Part shown: piece by piece, positions 9,967 through 19,834 of the stretch
Position numbering within the stretch: position 1 is the first letter of the stretch
Layout of the letters: each line of letters opens with the position of its first letter
Sequence record: PZ445409.1
Length of the DNA: 47,775 nt
Reading direction: 5' to 3' (one strand)
Origin: a phage
Program-made: the position numbers and the translations under genes
Notes under the pieces: model-generated
Told to the model about the DNA's origin: nothing
Database searches by the model: none
What the model saw: the letters and a program-made list of their open reading frames with translations, nothing else

Positions 9967-9981
9967 TAAGGAGATCTTGAG

Positions 9982-10299
9982 ATGGCAAAGATGAAACTAA
10001 CGTTAGGCCCACTGCCTGATTTTAAACTGCCTGTTTCTTTCGTGCTTCCAAATGGTGATGAGCAAGTTATTGTTTTCACTGTGCGCCACAAGAAGGCAAG
10101 CGAGATTCACGAACGATACACGGCAGAAAAGCCGATGAGCGACGTAGAAATGATCACCTTCCTTGCTTCCGGTTGGGATCTGGAAGATGAATTTAACGAG
10201 GAAAACGTTGCTAAATTGCTGGATTATTACCCTTCTGCGTCATTATCGCTGACTGGTCATTATATGAAAGCACTTGCGGGGCAGCGGGTAAAAAACTAA
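9982..10299 (+). CDS. tail assembly chaperone (G)
   Basis: 105-aa ORF immediately before tape measure; ends at slippery heptamer A_AAA_AAC (10290-10296) then TAA. Confidence 0.7.
   Translation: MAKMKLTLGPLPDFKLPVSFVLPNGDEQVIVFTVRHKKASEIHERYTAEKPMSDVEMITFLASGWDLEDEFNEENVAKLLDYYPSASLSLTGHYMKALAGQRVKN
10290..10296 (+). other. -1 programmed ribosomal frameshift slippery heptamer A_AAA_AAC
   Basis: Heptamer sits 1 codon before the G stop codon; -1 frame continues open to 10616. Confidence 0.65.
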
Positions 10300-10616
10300 A
10301 GCGGGCGGTTTACCTGTTTTACCTCAAGCCGCCAACTGACGCACAATTAGAGGCCGTCGGCCTATCCCGTTCAGACTACGAAGGGGAGGAGCCGCCGGAG
10401 GTAATTTTTGATGAATCAATGTTTCAATCTTGGGATCTGTTTTGCGCTATGCAGACGCAATGGAGATCGACTAGCGGCAGTGTGTATGGGTTCGACTATA
10501 ACGTTTTGCCTATGCTTTTTGACATTTACAAGATTGAGGATCGGGAGATGGCGCTAAATGATTTGCGCATCATGGAACAAAAGGCGCTAGAAATGATTCA
10601 TTCAAACAAAACATAA
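10296..10616 (+). CDS. tail assembly chaperone frameshift extension (T part of G-T fusion)
   Basis: -1 frame is open from the slippery site to 10616 with no stops (checked codon by codon 10290-10421); classic G/GT arrangement. Confidence 0.6.
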   Translation, partial: LKRAVYLFYLKPPTDAQLEAVGLSRSDYEGEEPPEVIFDESMFQSWDLFCAMQTQWRSTSGSVYGFDYNVLPMLFDIYKIEDREMALNDLRIMEQKALEMIHSNKT

Positions 10617-10637
10617 GCGCCGCGAGGCGCTTTTTTA
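10617..10637 (+). terminator. intrinsic terminator after G/GT
   Basis: Hairpin gcgccgcgaggcgc + TTTTTT. Confidence 0.6.
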
Positions 10638-10655
10638 ATATCTGGAGGTTTTAAA

Positions 10656-13337
10656 ATGGCTGAAAAATACGCTGGCCTAACGCTAGGCGTTGACGTGTCG
10701 CAGGTCAACAATGCTGTTAAATCATTGCAGCAATTCAAGAAGGCAAACGACGACGCAAAAAAAAGCGTTAATGAATTTGTTGATTCTGAGGTTGTGGCGC
10801 GACAGCAAGCAAAACAGCTTGCCGAAGAACTGGCGCGCCAGAAAGCAGAATTTAAGAAAATCCAGGAGTCAATTGATCCCACCGCATCAAAGATGGATAA
10901 GCTGCGAAAGACAGCGACACAGCTTGATGCGCTATGGAAAAAGGGCGTTGTTCCTGATCAGACTTTTTTTGAGCTTGGGGCAATTCTTGAGACGCAGCAA
11001 AACAAGCTGATCGCAACCAAAAAAGCGATGACAGAGGAAGGCCGCGCGGCGCTTGAGGAATCAAAGAACAAGGCGCGTGCAGCGGAAGAGGCTAAAAAAT
11101 TCGTCCAGGCTTTGCGTGAGCAGGAAGAAGCAGCAGGAAAAAGCAAGTCTGAATTGCTGGAAATGAAAGCGGCACAGCTTGGAGTTAGCCAGGAGGCAGC
11201 ACCTTACATCGCAAGACTGAAAGAGCAGGAAAAGCAGATCCAAAAACTTGGGATTTCTACAGGCCAATACAATCAAGCAATGAAGCTATTGCCAATGCAG
11301 ATCACAGACGTGGTGACTTCACTTGCTTCTGGTATGCCTGTTTGGCTGGTTGCAATCCAGCAGGGCGGACAGATTAAGGATTCTTTTGGTGGCGCATCCA
11401 ATGCTTTAAAAGCGTTGCTATCTTTCCTTAATCCGGTAAACGTTGCGTTTGGCTTGCTTTCCGGCACGCTGGCAATTGCTGCATATAATGCCTACAAAAC
11501 ACAGACAGAGTTTGAGGCAATTAAAAAAACCGTTCAGGAAACAACTGGCTTGACTGGTGATTTTGCCGAAAAGATTGCTACCGGAATCCAGGAGCTTTCC
11601 GACAAGACAGGCGAAAGCGCCGAAGATCTGGCAAAGGCTTACATCACCACGAAAGACGGCGCGAGCGAGGCGATTAAAAAACTGGTTGACGTTGGCATGA
11701 CTTATGATGACGCAAAAAAGAAAGTCAACGAGTACAAAGGCGCATCTAGCTTTGTTGGCCTGAATAACGACATTGCAAACCACAAAAATAAAATCCTTGA
11801 GTTGGGCGAGTCGTGGTATGAAGTTTTGAAAGCGAAGCGTGATTACGCTTCCCCGTCCGGCGGCCTGTTAGGTAAAGAGCTTGGCTATGTTAATCCTATG
11901 CTTAAGTTTGCACTTAACACTTATGAAGACATTGGAAAGGTCGTAAAAGATGCTAATAAGGACATGGCTGAACGAGCGGAGCGCATCGACAAAGAAAACC
12001 TGGCCTTGAACAGAGTGAGAGCAGCACAGGAGGCTTTAAACAAAGCCATTGAAGATCAGAAGGGTGTTGCGCGTTCGGCTGATGAAGAACTGAAAAAGCG
12101 TGCGGCTGAAAACGTGGAGTTCAGACGCAAAGAGCTTGAGGAGATCAAGAAGCAGGAGCAGAAAAAGAAAGAGGCTAAAGGCGGAATAGTTCGCGGCCCG
12201 ACTGAGCAGCTTGATAAAGAGTTGTACGTTTTAAAAGCGCAACTGGAAACGCTTAAAGAGCATCGCACTGTTAATGATGTTATTTCTCGCCAGCGTAAAT
12301 CTTTATGGAGCATCGAAAAGCAGATCGAGATCCTGGAGGATGCGCAGAGTAAGCGTAAATTGACCGGAGCGGAACAGGCGCTACTAAATGAGCAAAAATC
12401 CGTTTTGGAAATGGCAAGGCAAAAGGCTGAATTAGGGGATCAGATTGTTTTGCAGGAGCGCAAAAACAAGCTGGAGCAAGATAGCATTAAGTTTATCCGT
12501 GAAACGCAGGCGGCTATTGATGTGCTTGGCCTTAAGCAACTTGGCTACACTGAAAAGCAGATCGAGCGTGAGCTAGAGTTACGCAAGCTGCGCACCGACT
12601 ACGAGGCGCAAGGAGGAAGCGTTAGCGATGAAGTTTTTCAGCAAATGGAGGCGAAACTTAAGCAGTATTATCAGACACAGGATGAGGTTCAAGGCAACTG
12701 GTTGGCAGGAGCAAAAAACGCATGGGAGCTATTCGCGGAAGATGCAAACAATGCCTATGGCAATGTTCAGCAGATCGCAAGCGAGGCGTTAAACGGCCTT
12801 ACAAACCAATTAGCGAATTTTATCGCTACTGGCAAGGCAAACTTTAAAGACTTCTCGACGGCTATCATCAAAATGATTATTCAGATGATCACGAAAATGG
12901 TTGTCTTTAATGCGTTATCTGGCCTGATGGGTGGTCAAACCTGGACGATGGGGAGCTTGCTTAAGAACATTGGCGGATTTGCTGGCGGTGGATACACTGG
13001 CGACGGCGGGAAGTATGAGCCAGCCGGAATTGTCCATAAAGGTGAATTTGTCATGACGAAGGAGGCGACGCAGCGTATCGGGGTAGGCAACTTGTACCGC
13101 ATGATGCGAGGCTATGCTAACGGCGGCGTTGTTGGTAGTTACGGCTATACTGGCGGTGGCGCTGTCACTGGTGGAGCACCTCAATTTAACATCGGTGGGA
13201 TTGATGTTAGCATCAATAACGGCAGCGATCCGAAGGGCATCGAAACTGGCGTTAAGATGATCTTTACTGATATGATTAGACGTTCCTGTATGCAGGGCGG
13301 GGAGGTTTACGAATTTGTTATGAGCAAGCGAGGTTGA
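10656..13337 (+). CDS. tail tape measure protein
   Basis: 893-aa ORF, GGAGG RBS; long coiled-coil-rich sequence with Gly-rich C-terminal region; follows G/GT chaperone. Confidence 0.85.
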   Translation: MAEKYAGLTLGVDVSQVNNAVKSLQQFKKANDDAKKSVNEFVDSEVVARQQAKQLAEELARQKAEFKKIQESIDPTASKMDKLRKTATQLDALWKKGVVPDQTFFELGAILETQQNKLIATKKAMTEEGRAALEESKNKARAAEEAKKFVQALREQEEAAGKSKSELLEMKAAQLGVSQEAAPYIARLKEQEKQIQKLGISTGQYNQAMKLLPMQITDVVTSLASGMPVWLVAIQQGGQIKDSFGGASNALKALLSFLNPVNVAFGLLSGTLAIAAYNAYKTQTEFEAIKKTVQETTGLTGDFAEKIATGIQELSDKTGESAEDLAKAYITTKDGASEAIKKLVDVGMTYDDAKKKVNEYKGASSFVGLNNDIANHKNKILELGESWYEVLKAKRDYASPSGGLLGKELGYVNPMLKFALNTYEDIGKVVKDANKDMAERAERIDKENLALNRVRAAQEALNKAIEDQKGVARSADEELKKRAAENVEFRRKELEEIKKQEQKKKEAKGGIVRGPTEQLDKELYVLKAQLETLKEHRTVNDVISRQRKSLWSIEKQIEILEDAQSKRKLTGAEQALLNEQKSVLEMARQKAELGDQIVLQERKNKLEQDSIKFIRETQAAIDVLGLKQLGYTEKQIERELELRKLRTDYEAQGGSVSDEVFQQMEAKLKQYYQTQDEVQGNWLAGAKNAWELFAEDANNAYGNVQQIASEALNGLTNQLANFIATGKANFKDFSTAIIKMIIQMITKMVVFNALSGLMGGQTWTMGSLLKNIGGFAGGGYTGDGGKYEPAGIVHKGEFVMTKEATQRIGVGNLYRMMRGYANGGVVGSYGYTGGGAVTGGAPQFNIGGIDVSINNGSDPKGIETGVKMIFTDMIRRSCMQGGEVYEFVMSKRG

Positions 13338-13339
13338 TA

Positions 13340-13690
13340 ATGAAACTGGATCAGTTTAAGTGGTGTACGCAGGTTCAGAACGGCGGCGGGTCCATGACGT
13401 CATCAAATAACGATCGAGAGATTGCATTCGGTAACGGATACACACAGGTAGCATCTGGAGGCTTTAACACAATCCGGCGAGAGTTTAGCATTGTTTACGC
13501 TGGGATTGATTACAGAGATGTTGTCAAGTTCCTGAATGAGCACAGGCTAAAACCTTTCTTGTGGATCATGCCAGATGGAAGCCCTGGATTGTTTAGGGTG
13601 AAAAGCGGTAGCGTCGGGCTTACTCCGTTGTCGCCAACCGTTCAGGAAGTAAAAGCCACTTTTACGGAACAATTTACATCAATGCAGTAA
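13340..13690 (+). CDS. minor tail protein (lambda M-like position)
   Basis: 116-aa ORF from ATG 13340 (track start 13334 is TTG); directly after tape measure. Confidence 0.5.
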   Translation: MKLDQFKWCTQVQNGGGSMTSSNNDREIAFGNGYTQVASGGFNTIRREFSIVYAGIDYRDVVKFLNEHRLKPFLWIMPDGSPGLFRVKSGSVGLTPLSPTVQEVKATFTEQFTSMQ

Positions 13691-13695
13691 TTTAA

Positions 13696-13719
13696 AGCCG
13701 CCTTTGTGCGGCTTTTTTC
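13696..13719 (+). terminator. intrinsic terminator
   Basis: Hairpin agccgcctttgtgcggct + TTTTTT. Confidence 0.6.
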
Positions 13720-13752
13720 TTGATGTTACAATGAGCAAAAAGGAGGTAGAAA

Positions 13753-14514
13753 ATGGCTAATAAAGAATCAGGTAGAGTTGAATTTGAGAACTGCCTACAA
13801 AGTTTGTACCCAGGCGAAATTATAACGCTTGTAGAGATTGACGGGACGAAGTTCGGAGCAAATATTTACCGATTTCACAATGAAAACATCTCTTATACTG
13901 CCGAAGAATTAATGCAAGCGCAGCAAACTGGAATCTTGCCGCCGAAAGATATTATTTTCCAGGGTGAGGTTTACGGAGCGCGGCCTTTCGGTGTGAGCGG
14001 GATTAACTTCACAAGTAGCGGCAGGGCAGATAAGCCTCAGCTTATAGTGTCAAACCTTGACAGCAGGGTTAGCGCCATGATCAGAAATTACAATGGCATG
14101 ATGCAAGCAAAGGTGACTTTCTGGATTACGGCAAAGGAATTTATAGGAGAAGGCGGAGCAATCAAAGATGGCGCTTACAGAAAATTGGTTTATTACATTG
14201 AGCGCCCAAGCCAGTATAATAGAGAGGTGGCGAAATTTGATCTGACATCGCCTTACGATATGGATGGAATCATGATACCGCCGCGCATCACTCAAAGCGT
14301 TTGCTATTGGGCGCAAAGGGGATGGTACAGGAGCGGAAAGGGTTGCTCTTATAACGGATCGGCAATGTTCGATAAAGACAATAAGCCAGTAACAGATCCA
14401 TCACAAGACTATTGCGCCGGAACTGTAACGGCTTGCAAATTGAGATTCGGTCAGAAAAACGAATTGGATTTCGGCGGTTGCGCGGTGGCGTCACTGCTAC
14501 GGAGGAATCAATAA
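13753..14514 (+). CDS. minor tail protein (lambda L-like)
   Basis: 253-aa ORF with AGGAGG RBS; C-terminal Cys cluster (CYWAQ...CSYNG...CAGTVTAC) reminiscent of the gpL Fe-S motif. Confidence 0.5.
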   Translation: MANKESGRVEFENCLQSLYPGEIITLVEIDGTKFGANIYRFHNENISYTAEELMQAQQTGILPPKDIIFQGEVYGARPFGVSGINFTSSGRADKPQLIVSNLDSRVSAMIRNYNGMMQAKVTFWITAKEFIGEGGAIKDGAYRKLVYYIERPSQYNREVAKFDLTSPYDMDGIMIPPRITQSVCYWAQRGWYRSGKGCSYNGSAMFDKDNKPVTDPSQDYCAGTVTACKLRFGQKNELDFGGCAVASLLRRNQ

Positions 14515-15245
14515 TGATTAGTGCAAAAGTTAAACTTGAAATAATGCAGCACGTTAAAGAGGAATACCCTAAAGAGGCTTGCGGCGTCATAACTCAAAAA
14601 TCACGGGTACAGAAATATCACCGCATAACCAACGTGCATGACGATCCAGAAAATCATTTTGAAATGGACGCCGTAGAATACGCTGAATCGCTCGACAAAG
14701 GCGAATTAATCGCGGTGGTGCATTCCCATTGCGGGGATGGTGCTAGCACGATACCGAGCGCGCACGACTCATGTATGTGCGATGAAATGGGTGTGTCGTG
14801 GATTATAGTGTCATGGCCAGAAGGTGATATGAGAATTGTCGAGCCGCAGGAGAGGCCGCTTATCGGTCGCCCGTGGTCGCTGGGGTCGTTCGATTGCTGG
14901 GGTCTTATCATGGCATGGCATAAACAGCACGGAGTAGTATTGAATGACTTCCGAAAGCCTTACGAGTGGTGGAAGTCAGAATATGGTGAAAATCTTTACC
15001 AGGATAATTATTTGAAAGAGGGATTTGTTGAAACTAACGAGCCTCCAAAACCTGGTGATATGGTGATTATGCAGCTATCATCGCCAGTCTGGAATCATGC
15101 GGGGATTTATTTGGGTAACAATCAGCTATTACATCATGCGTTTGGAAAGCTATCTCGCATTGACTTGTATTCTGGATGGTATCAGGAGCACACTGTAAAA
15201 ATTTGCCGACATAAGGATCTGAAATATGACATTGAAAGTAATTAA
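14514..15245 (+). CDS. tail assembly protein K-like (JAB/MPN + NlpC/P60)
   Basis: 243-aa ORF from ATG 14514 (TAATG overlap); HSHCGDG...S..HD JAB-like motif and DCWGL...H Cys-His pair. Confidence 0.6.
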   Translation: MISAKVKLEIMQHVKEEYPKEACGVITQKSRVQKYHRITNVHDDPENHFEMDAVEYAESLDKGELIAVVHSHCGDGASTIPSAHDSCMCDEMGVSWIIVSWPEGDMRIVEPQERPLIGRPWSLGSFDCWGLIMAWHKQHGVVLNDFRKPYEWWKSEYGENLYQDNYLKEGFVETNEPPKPGDMVIMQLSSPVWNHAGIYLGNNQLLHHAFGKLSRIDLYSGWYQEHTVKICRHKDLKYDIESN

Positions 15246-15822
15246 GCTATCTGGTTCCCTGGGGCGTAGATTTGGCGTCTTTCACAAAATGGCGGTTGAC
15301 TCATACCCCGAAGCAATACGCGCGTTATCTTCCCAGGTTGAAGGGTTCAAAGACTACATGCAAAGCGAAGTTGGATCGCGCATGAAGTATGCTATATTCG
15401 TTGACGGTAAAAACATTGGTCAGCATGATGAAAAATCATGGAAGTGCGCGCGAGAGGTTAGAATAGTTCCTGTTCCAACTGGTTCTAAGTCCGGCGGCCT
15501 GTTCAATGTTGTTTTTGGTGCTGTAATTATGGCTACTGCGTTCATTACTGGCGGTGCAAGCCTGGCGGCTATGGGCGCTTTTGCATCTTCCGCATTTATG
15601 ATGGGTGGTGCTATCGCGCTTGGCGGTGTCATGCAAATGATCTCTCCGCAGCAGGGCGGAATGAAACTGCAAAGCCAATCAGCAGAAAACAAGCCTTCTT
15701 ACGCTTTCGGCGGCGCAGTAAATACCACGGCGGCAGGTTATCCGGTTCCTTTGCCATATGGATATAGGACAGTAGGCGGAGCGATCTGGTCGGCTGGCAG
15801 CTACGCAGAAGATAAAGCATAA
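15226..15822 (+). CDS. tail assembly protein I-like
   Basis: 198-aa ORF overlapping K by 20 nt; Gly/Ala-rich hydrophobic C-terminal half; position before J. Confidence 0.5.
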   Translation: MTLKVIKLSGSLGRRFGVFHKMAVDSYPEAIRALSSQVEGFKDYMQSEVGSRMKYAIFVDGKNIGQHDEKSWKCAREVRIVPVPTGSKSGGLFNVVFGAVIMATAFITGGASLAAMGAFASSAFMMGGAIALGGVMQMISPQQGGMKLQSQSAENKPSYAFGGAVNTTAAGYPVPLPYGYRTVGGAIWSAGSYAEDKA

Positions 15823-15829
15823 AAAAATA

Positions 15830-15851
15830 CCCGCCTTGCGCGGGTTTTTTT
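15830..15851 (+). terminator. intrinsic terminator before J gene
   Basis: Hairpin cccgccttgcgcggg + T7. Confidence 0.6.
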
Positions 15852-15900
15852 GTGCATTTATAATGTGCAAACCAAGAAACAGCACAAAAGGTTAAAAGTC

Positions 15901-18900
15901 ATGGCTAAATATATGATAAGCGGCAGTAAGGGCGGAAGCAAAAAGCCATACGTGCCAAAAGAGATGGAAGATAACCTGATCTCGATAAACAAGATTAAAG
16001 TTTTGCTGGCTGTATCTGATGGCGAGTGCGATCCAGATTTCACGTTGCGTGATCTTTATCTTGATGATGTTCCGGTTATTGCCAGCGATGGCACTGTTAA
16101 CTATGAGGGTGTAACGGCTGAATATAGACCAGGCACACAGACGCAAGATTACATCCAGGGGTTTACTGACACATCAAGCGAGGTGACAGTTTCGCGAGAT
16201 ATTACAACAGACAATCCCTATATTATATCTGTAACAAATAAAAATCTTTCTGCAATCAGAATCAAGATTCTGATGCCAGTTGGCATAAAACAGGAGGATA
16301 ACGGCGATCTTGTTGGTGTAAGGGTTCAATATGCTGTAGATATGGCTGTTGATGGCGGTTCTTATAACGAGGTTATGAGAGATGTAATTGACGGCAAGAC
16401 AAGATCAGGGTATGACCGCAGCAGAAGGATTGATCTTCCTAAGTTTGATGAGCGCGTTTTAATCAGAGTCAAGCGACTGACTCCAGATAGCACATCTTCA
16501 AAGGTTACTGATAAAATCAAACTGCAAAGTTACGCTGAGGTTGTGGATGCAAAATTCCGTTATCCTCTGACTGGCCTTGTATTCGTAGAATTTGACAGCG
16601 AATTGTTTCCTACACAAATCCCTAACATTTCTATAAAAAAGAAATGGAAGATTATTAATGTGCCAAGCAACTACGATCCAATATCAAGAGAATATCACGG
16701 GTCATGGGATGGGACTTTTAAAAAAGCGTGGTCAAATAATCCTGCATGGGTTCTTTATGATCTGGTAACTAATCAGCGTTATGGACTTGACCAGCGAGAG
16801 TTAGGAATACAGATCGACAAGTGGAGCTTATACGAGGCTGGTGTTTACTGTGATCAGAAAGTTCCAGACGGTAAGGGCGGTACAGAGCCTCGCTACCTAT
16901 GCGATGTGGTGATCCAGAATCAGGTTGAGGCTTATCAGCTAATCCGTGACATTTGCTCAATCTTTCGCGGAATGAGCTTTTGGAATGGTGAGAGCTTATC
17001 AATCGTGATTGATAAGCCGCGCGATCCATCATACGTGTTTACTAATGAAAACGTCATCAACGGTGATTTTCAGTACACAACCGCAAGCGAAAAAAGCATG
17101 TACACGCAGTGTAACGTGACGTTTGACGACGAACAAAACATGTATCAGCAGGACGTAGAGGGGGTTTTTGATACTGAGGCGGCATTACGATTTGGATACA
17201 ATCCAACAAGCATTACAGCGATCGGGTGTACACGCAGGAGCGAAGCGAATCGTCGCGGTCGGTGGGTTTTGAAAACAAACCTTAGAAGCACTACTGTAAA
17301 CTTTGCTACCGGACTAGAGGGGATGATTCCATCAATAGGTGATGTGATTGCTATCGCTGATAATTTTCAGAGTAGCAACCTAACGTTAAACCTATCGGGC
17401 CGAGTGATGGAAGTTTCAGGATTGCAGGTTTTCGTTCCGTTTAAGGTTGATGCTCGTCCTGGTGATTTTATTATCATCAACAAGCCGGACGGCAAGCCAG
17501 TTAAGCGCACGATCTCAAAGGTTAGCGCAGACGGAAAAACCATTGAGTTAAATATTGGATTTGGTTTTGATGTTAAGCCTGATACTGTTTTTGCGATTGA
17601 CCGTACTGACCTTGCGTTGCAGCAATACGTTGTGACAACTATCAGCAAGGGTGATGACGAAAATGAGTTTACCTATTCAATAACGGCTGTAGAGTACGAT
17701 CCGAACAAATACGACGAGATTGATTATGGAGTAAACATTGATGACAGGCCGACTTCAATTGTTCAGCCTGACGTAATGGCAGCGCCTGAGAACGTGCAAA
17801 TCTCATCTTATTCTCGCGTCGTGCAGGGTGTCAGCGTTGAGACTATGGTTGTGTCGTGGGAAAAAGTGCCTTATGCGTCACTGTATGAAATGCAATGGCG
17901 AAAAGGTGATGGCAACTGGCTAAATACGCCGCGCACAGCGAACAAAGAGACGGAAGTAGAAGGGATTTATTCAGGGAACTATCAAGTAAGGGTCAGATCT
18001 GTTTCAGCTTCCGGCAGTACATCAGCATGGTCGAAGATTGCAACAGCTTCCCTGACTGGTAAAGTTGGCGAGCCAGGCGCGCCAGTTAACTTAACCGCAT
18101 CAGATAATGAAGTTTTCGGCATTCGTATTAAATGGGGCATGCCAGAAGGAAGCGGAGACACGGCCTACATTGAGCTTCACCAGTCGCCAGACGGAACGGT
18201 TGAAAACTCAAGCCTGTTAACGCTGATCCCATACCCGCAATATGAATACTGGCACAGTACACTACCAGCGGGTCAGGTTGTCTGGTATAGAATCCGCAGC
18301 GTTGACAGAATCGGCAACGTTTCTAGCTGGACTGATTTTGTTCGTGGCATGGCATCAGATGATGTTGAATCTGTTTTAGGAGATATTCTTGATAAGATTT
18401 TTGATAGCGAAGCAGGGCAAGAAATCAAGGAGAACGCCATCGAAAGCGCGAACAAGATCAAAGACCAGGCGCAGGCAATAATCCAGAACGCTTTGGCGAT
18501 TGACGCTAACTTGAAATGGACGCGAGTACAGAACGGAAAGCGAAAGGCTGAATATGGTCATGCTGTTCAGTTGATCGCAAATGAGACTGAGGCGCGAGTA
18601 ACTCAAATCGAAGAATTGAGGGCTTCAATTGATGGCGAGATAACATCAAGCATCAAGACAGTGCAGGAGGCAATCGCCACTGAATCAGAGACACGAGCAA
18701 CTCAAATTCAGCAGCTTGATTCTAAATTCACAAAAGAAATTGACGGCGTGCGCAAGGACACTTCTGCAAGCATTAGCGATGTAAGGCAGACAATCACTAA
18801 CGAGTCAGAAGCGCGAGCGCAAGCGGTACAACAGCTTGATGCAAAATTCACCAAAGAGATTAATGATCTCAATGATGCAATCAAGGTTGACGTTGAGGCC

Positions 18901-19479
18901 AGCATTTCAGAAGTGAGACAAGCTATCGCCAACGAGGAGGAAGCACGAGTACAAGCTGATCAGGCATTAACAGCACGATTTGGAGACGTTGAATCTGCAT
19001 TGGTTGAAAAGTTGGATTCTTGGGCGAGCGTTGATTCAGTTGGTGCTAAGTACGCTATGAAACTTGGCCTTACTTACAAAGGCCAGCAGTACAGCGCAGG
19101 AATGGTAATGCAGCTTTCGCAGGGTTCATCCGGTCTTATCTCGCAAATTTTGTTTGATGCGAACAGGTTCGCCATTATGACTAGCTCTACTGGAGGGACT
19201 TTCACTTTGCCTTTCGTGGTTGAGAATAATCAGGTTTTCATTAATAGTCTTTTGGTGAAGAACGGTTCAATCACTAATGCGATGATCGGTAATGTTATTC
19301 AGTCGAATAACTTTGTTGCTGATCAGCAGGGGTGGAGGCTTGATAAGAATGGGCGATTTGAGAACTACGGATCTACGTCTGGAGAAGGTGCAATGAAGTT
19401 GACCAATGAAACGATAAGCGTACGAGACGCAAACGGGCAATTGCGCGTTCAGATTGGCAGGCTGACTGGTACTTGGTAA
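15901..19479 (+). CDS. central tail fibre / host specificity protein (J-like)
   Basis: 1192-aa ORF from ATG 15901 (track start 15850 is an alternative start); largest tail-tip gene after the M-L-K-I set. Confidence 0.8.
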   Translation: MAKYMISGSKGGSKKPYVPKEMEDNLISINKIKVLLAVSDGECDPDFTLRDLYLDDVPVIASDGTVNYEGVTAEYRPGTQTQDYIQGFTDTSSEVTVSRDITTDNPYIISVTNKNLSAIRIKILMPVGIKQEDNGDLVGVRVQYAVDMAVDGGSYNEVMRDVIDGKTRSGYDRSRRIDLPKFDERVLIRVKRLTPDSTSSKVTDKIKLQSYAEVVDAKFRYPLTGLVFVEFDSELFPTQIPNISIKKKWKIINVPSNYDPISREYHGSWDGTFKKAWSNNPAWVLYDLVTNQRYGLDQRELGIQIDKWSLYEAGVYCDQKVPDGKGGTEPRYLCDVVIQNQVEAYQLIRDICSIFRGMSFWNGESLSIVIDKPRDPSYVFTNENVINGDFQYTTASEKSMYTQCNVTFDDEQNMYQQDVEGVFDTEAALRFGYNPTSITAIGCTRRSEANRRGRWVLKTNLRSTTVNFATGLEGMIPSIGDVIAIADNFQSSNLTLNLSGRVMEVSGLQVFVPFKVDARPGDFIIINKPDGKPVKRTISKVSADGKTIELNIGFGFDVKPDTVFAIDRTDLALQQYVVTTISKGDDENEFTYSITAVEYDPNKYDEIDYGVNIDDRPTSIVQPDVMAAPENVQISSYSRVVQGVSVETMVVSWEKVPYASLYEMQWRKGDGNWLNTPRTANKETEVEGIYSGNYQVRVRSVSASGSTSAWSKIATASLTGKVGEPGAPVNLTASDNEVFGIRIKWGMPEGSGDTAYIELHQSPDGTVENSSLLTLIPYPQYEYWHSTLPAGQVVWYRIRSVDRIGNVSSWTDFVRGMASDDVESVLGDILDKIFDSEAGQEIKENAIESANKIKDQAQAIIQNALAIDANLKWTRVQNGKRKAEYGHAVQLIANETEARVTQIEELRASIDGEITSSIKTVQEAIATESETRATQIQQLDSKFTKEIDGVRKDTSASISDVRQTITNESEARAQAVQQLDAKFTKEINDLNDAIKVDVEASISEVRQAIANEEEARVQADQALTARFGDVESALVEKLDSWASVDSVGAKYAMKLGLTYKGQQYSAGMVMQLSQGSSGLISQILFDANRFAIMTSSTGGTFTLPFVVENNQVFINSLLVKNGSITNAMIGNVIQSNNFVADQQGWRLDKNGRFENYGSTSGEGAMKLTNETISVRDANGQLRVQIGRLTGTW

Positions 19480-19522
19480 AATCAAGGCGGGGCGTTTGCC
19501 CCGCATTTGTGGAGGTTTAATA

Positions 19523-19834
19523 ATGGCTGAATATGGAATCTCAACATGGGATGCAAACGGAAAATATAATAACTACGGCATCAAGCCATCAGTTGTTATT
19601 GGAATGTTCTCACTTTCTACAGGGCAGGTTTCTGGTAGTTATACATTTAACGTGCCTTCTGGATACAAGCTATCATACGCAATATCCCTTGATGAAGGGA
19701 GCAGCGCCGGAGATAGGAGAAAAATCACAATAGCAGGCAATACAGTTACGATCTCAAATGCTGGATCATCAATAGGCGCTGACATATGGCCTACAACAAA
19801 ATGCGATGTTATTGTTTTTTTGGAGACTGCATAA
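19523..19834 (+). CDS. hypothetical tail-associated protein
   Basis: 104-aa ORF with GGAGG RBS; N-terminus (MAEYG..) resembles that of the next ORF. Confidence 0.5.
   Translation: MAEYGISTWDANGKYNNYGIKPSVVIGMFSLSTGQVSGSYTFNVPSGYKLSYAISLDEGSSAGDRRKITIAGNTVTISNAGSSIGADIWPTTKCDVIVFLETA

Noticed and set aside
14412-15245. Long N-terminal extensions of track ORFs (14412, 15850, 26475, 27565, 38437, 41748 and similar)
   Set aside because: The track uses TTG/GTG as starts and extends into upstream genes or terminators; ATG codons with properly spaced Shine-Dalgarno sequences were chosen instead.
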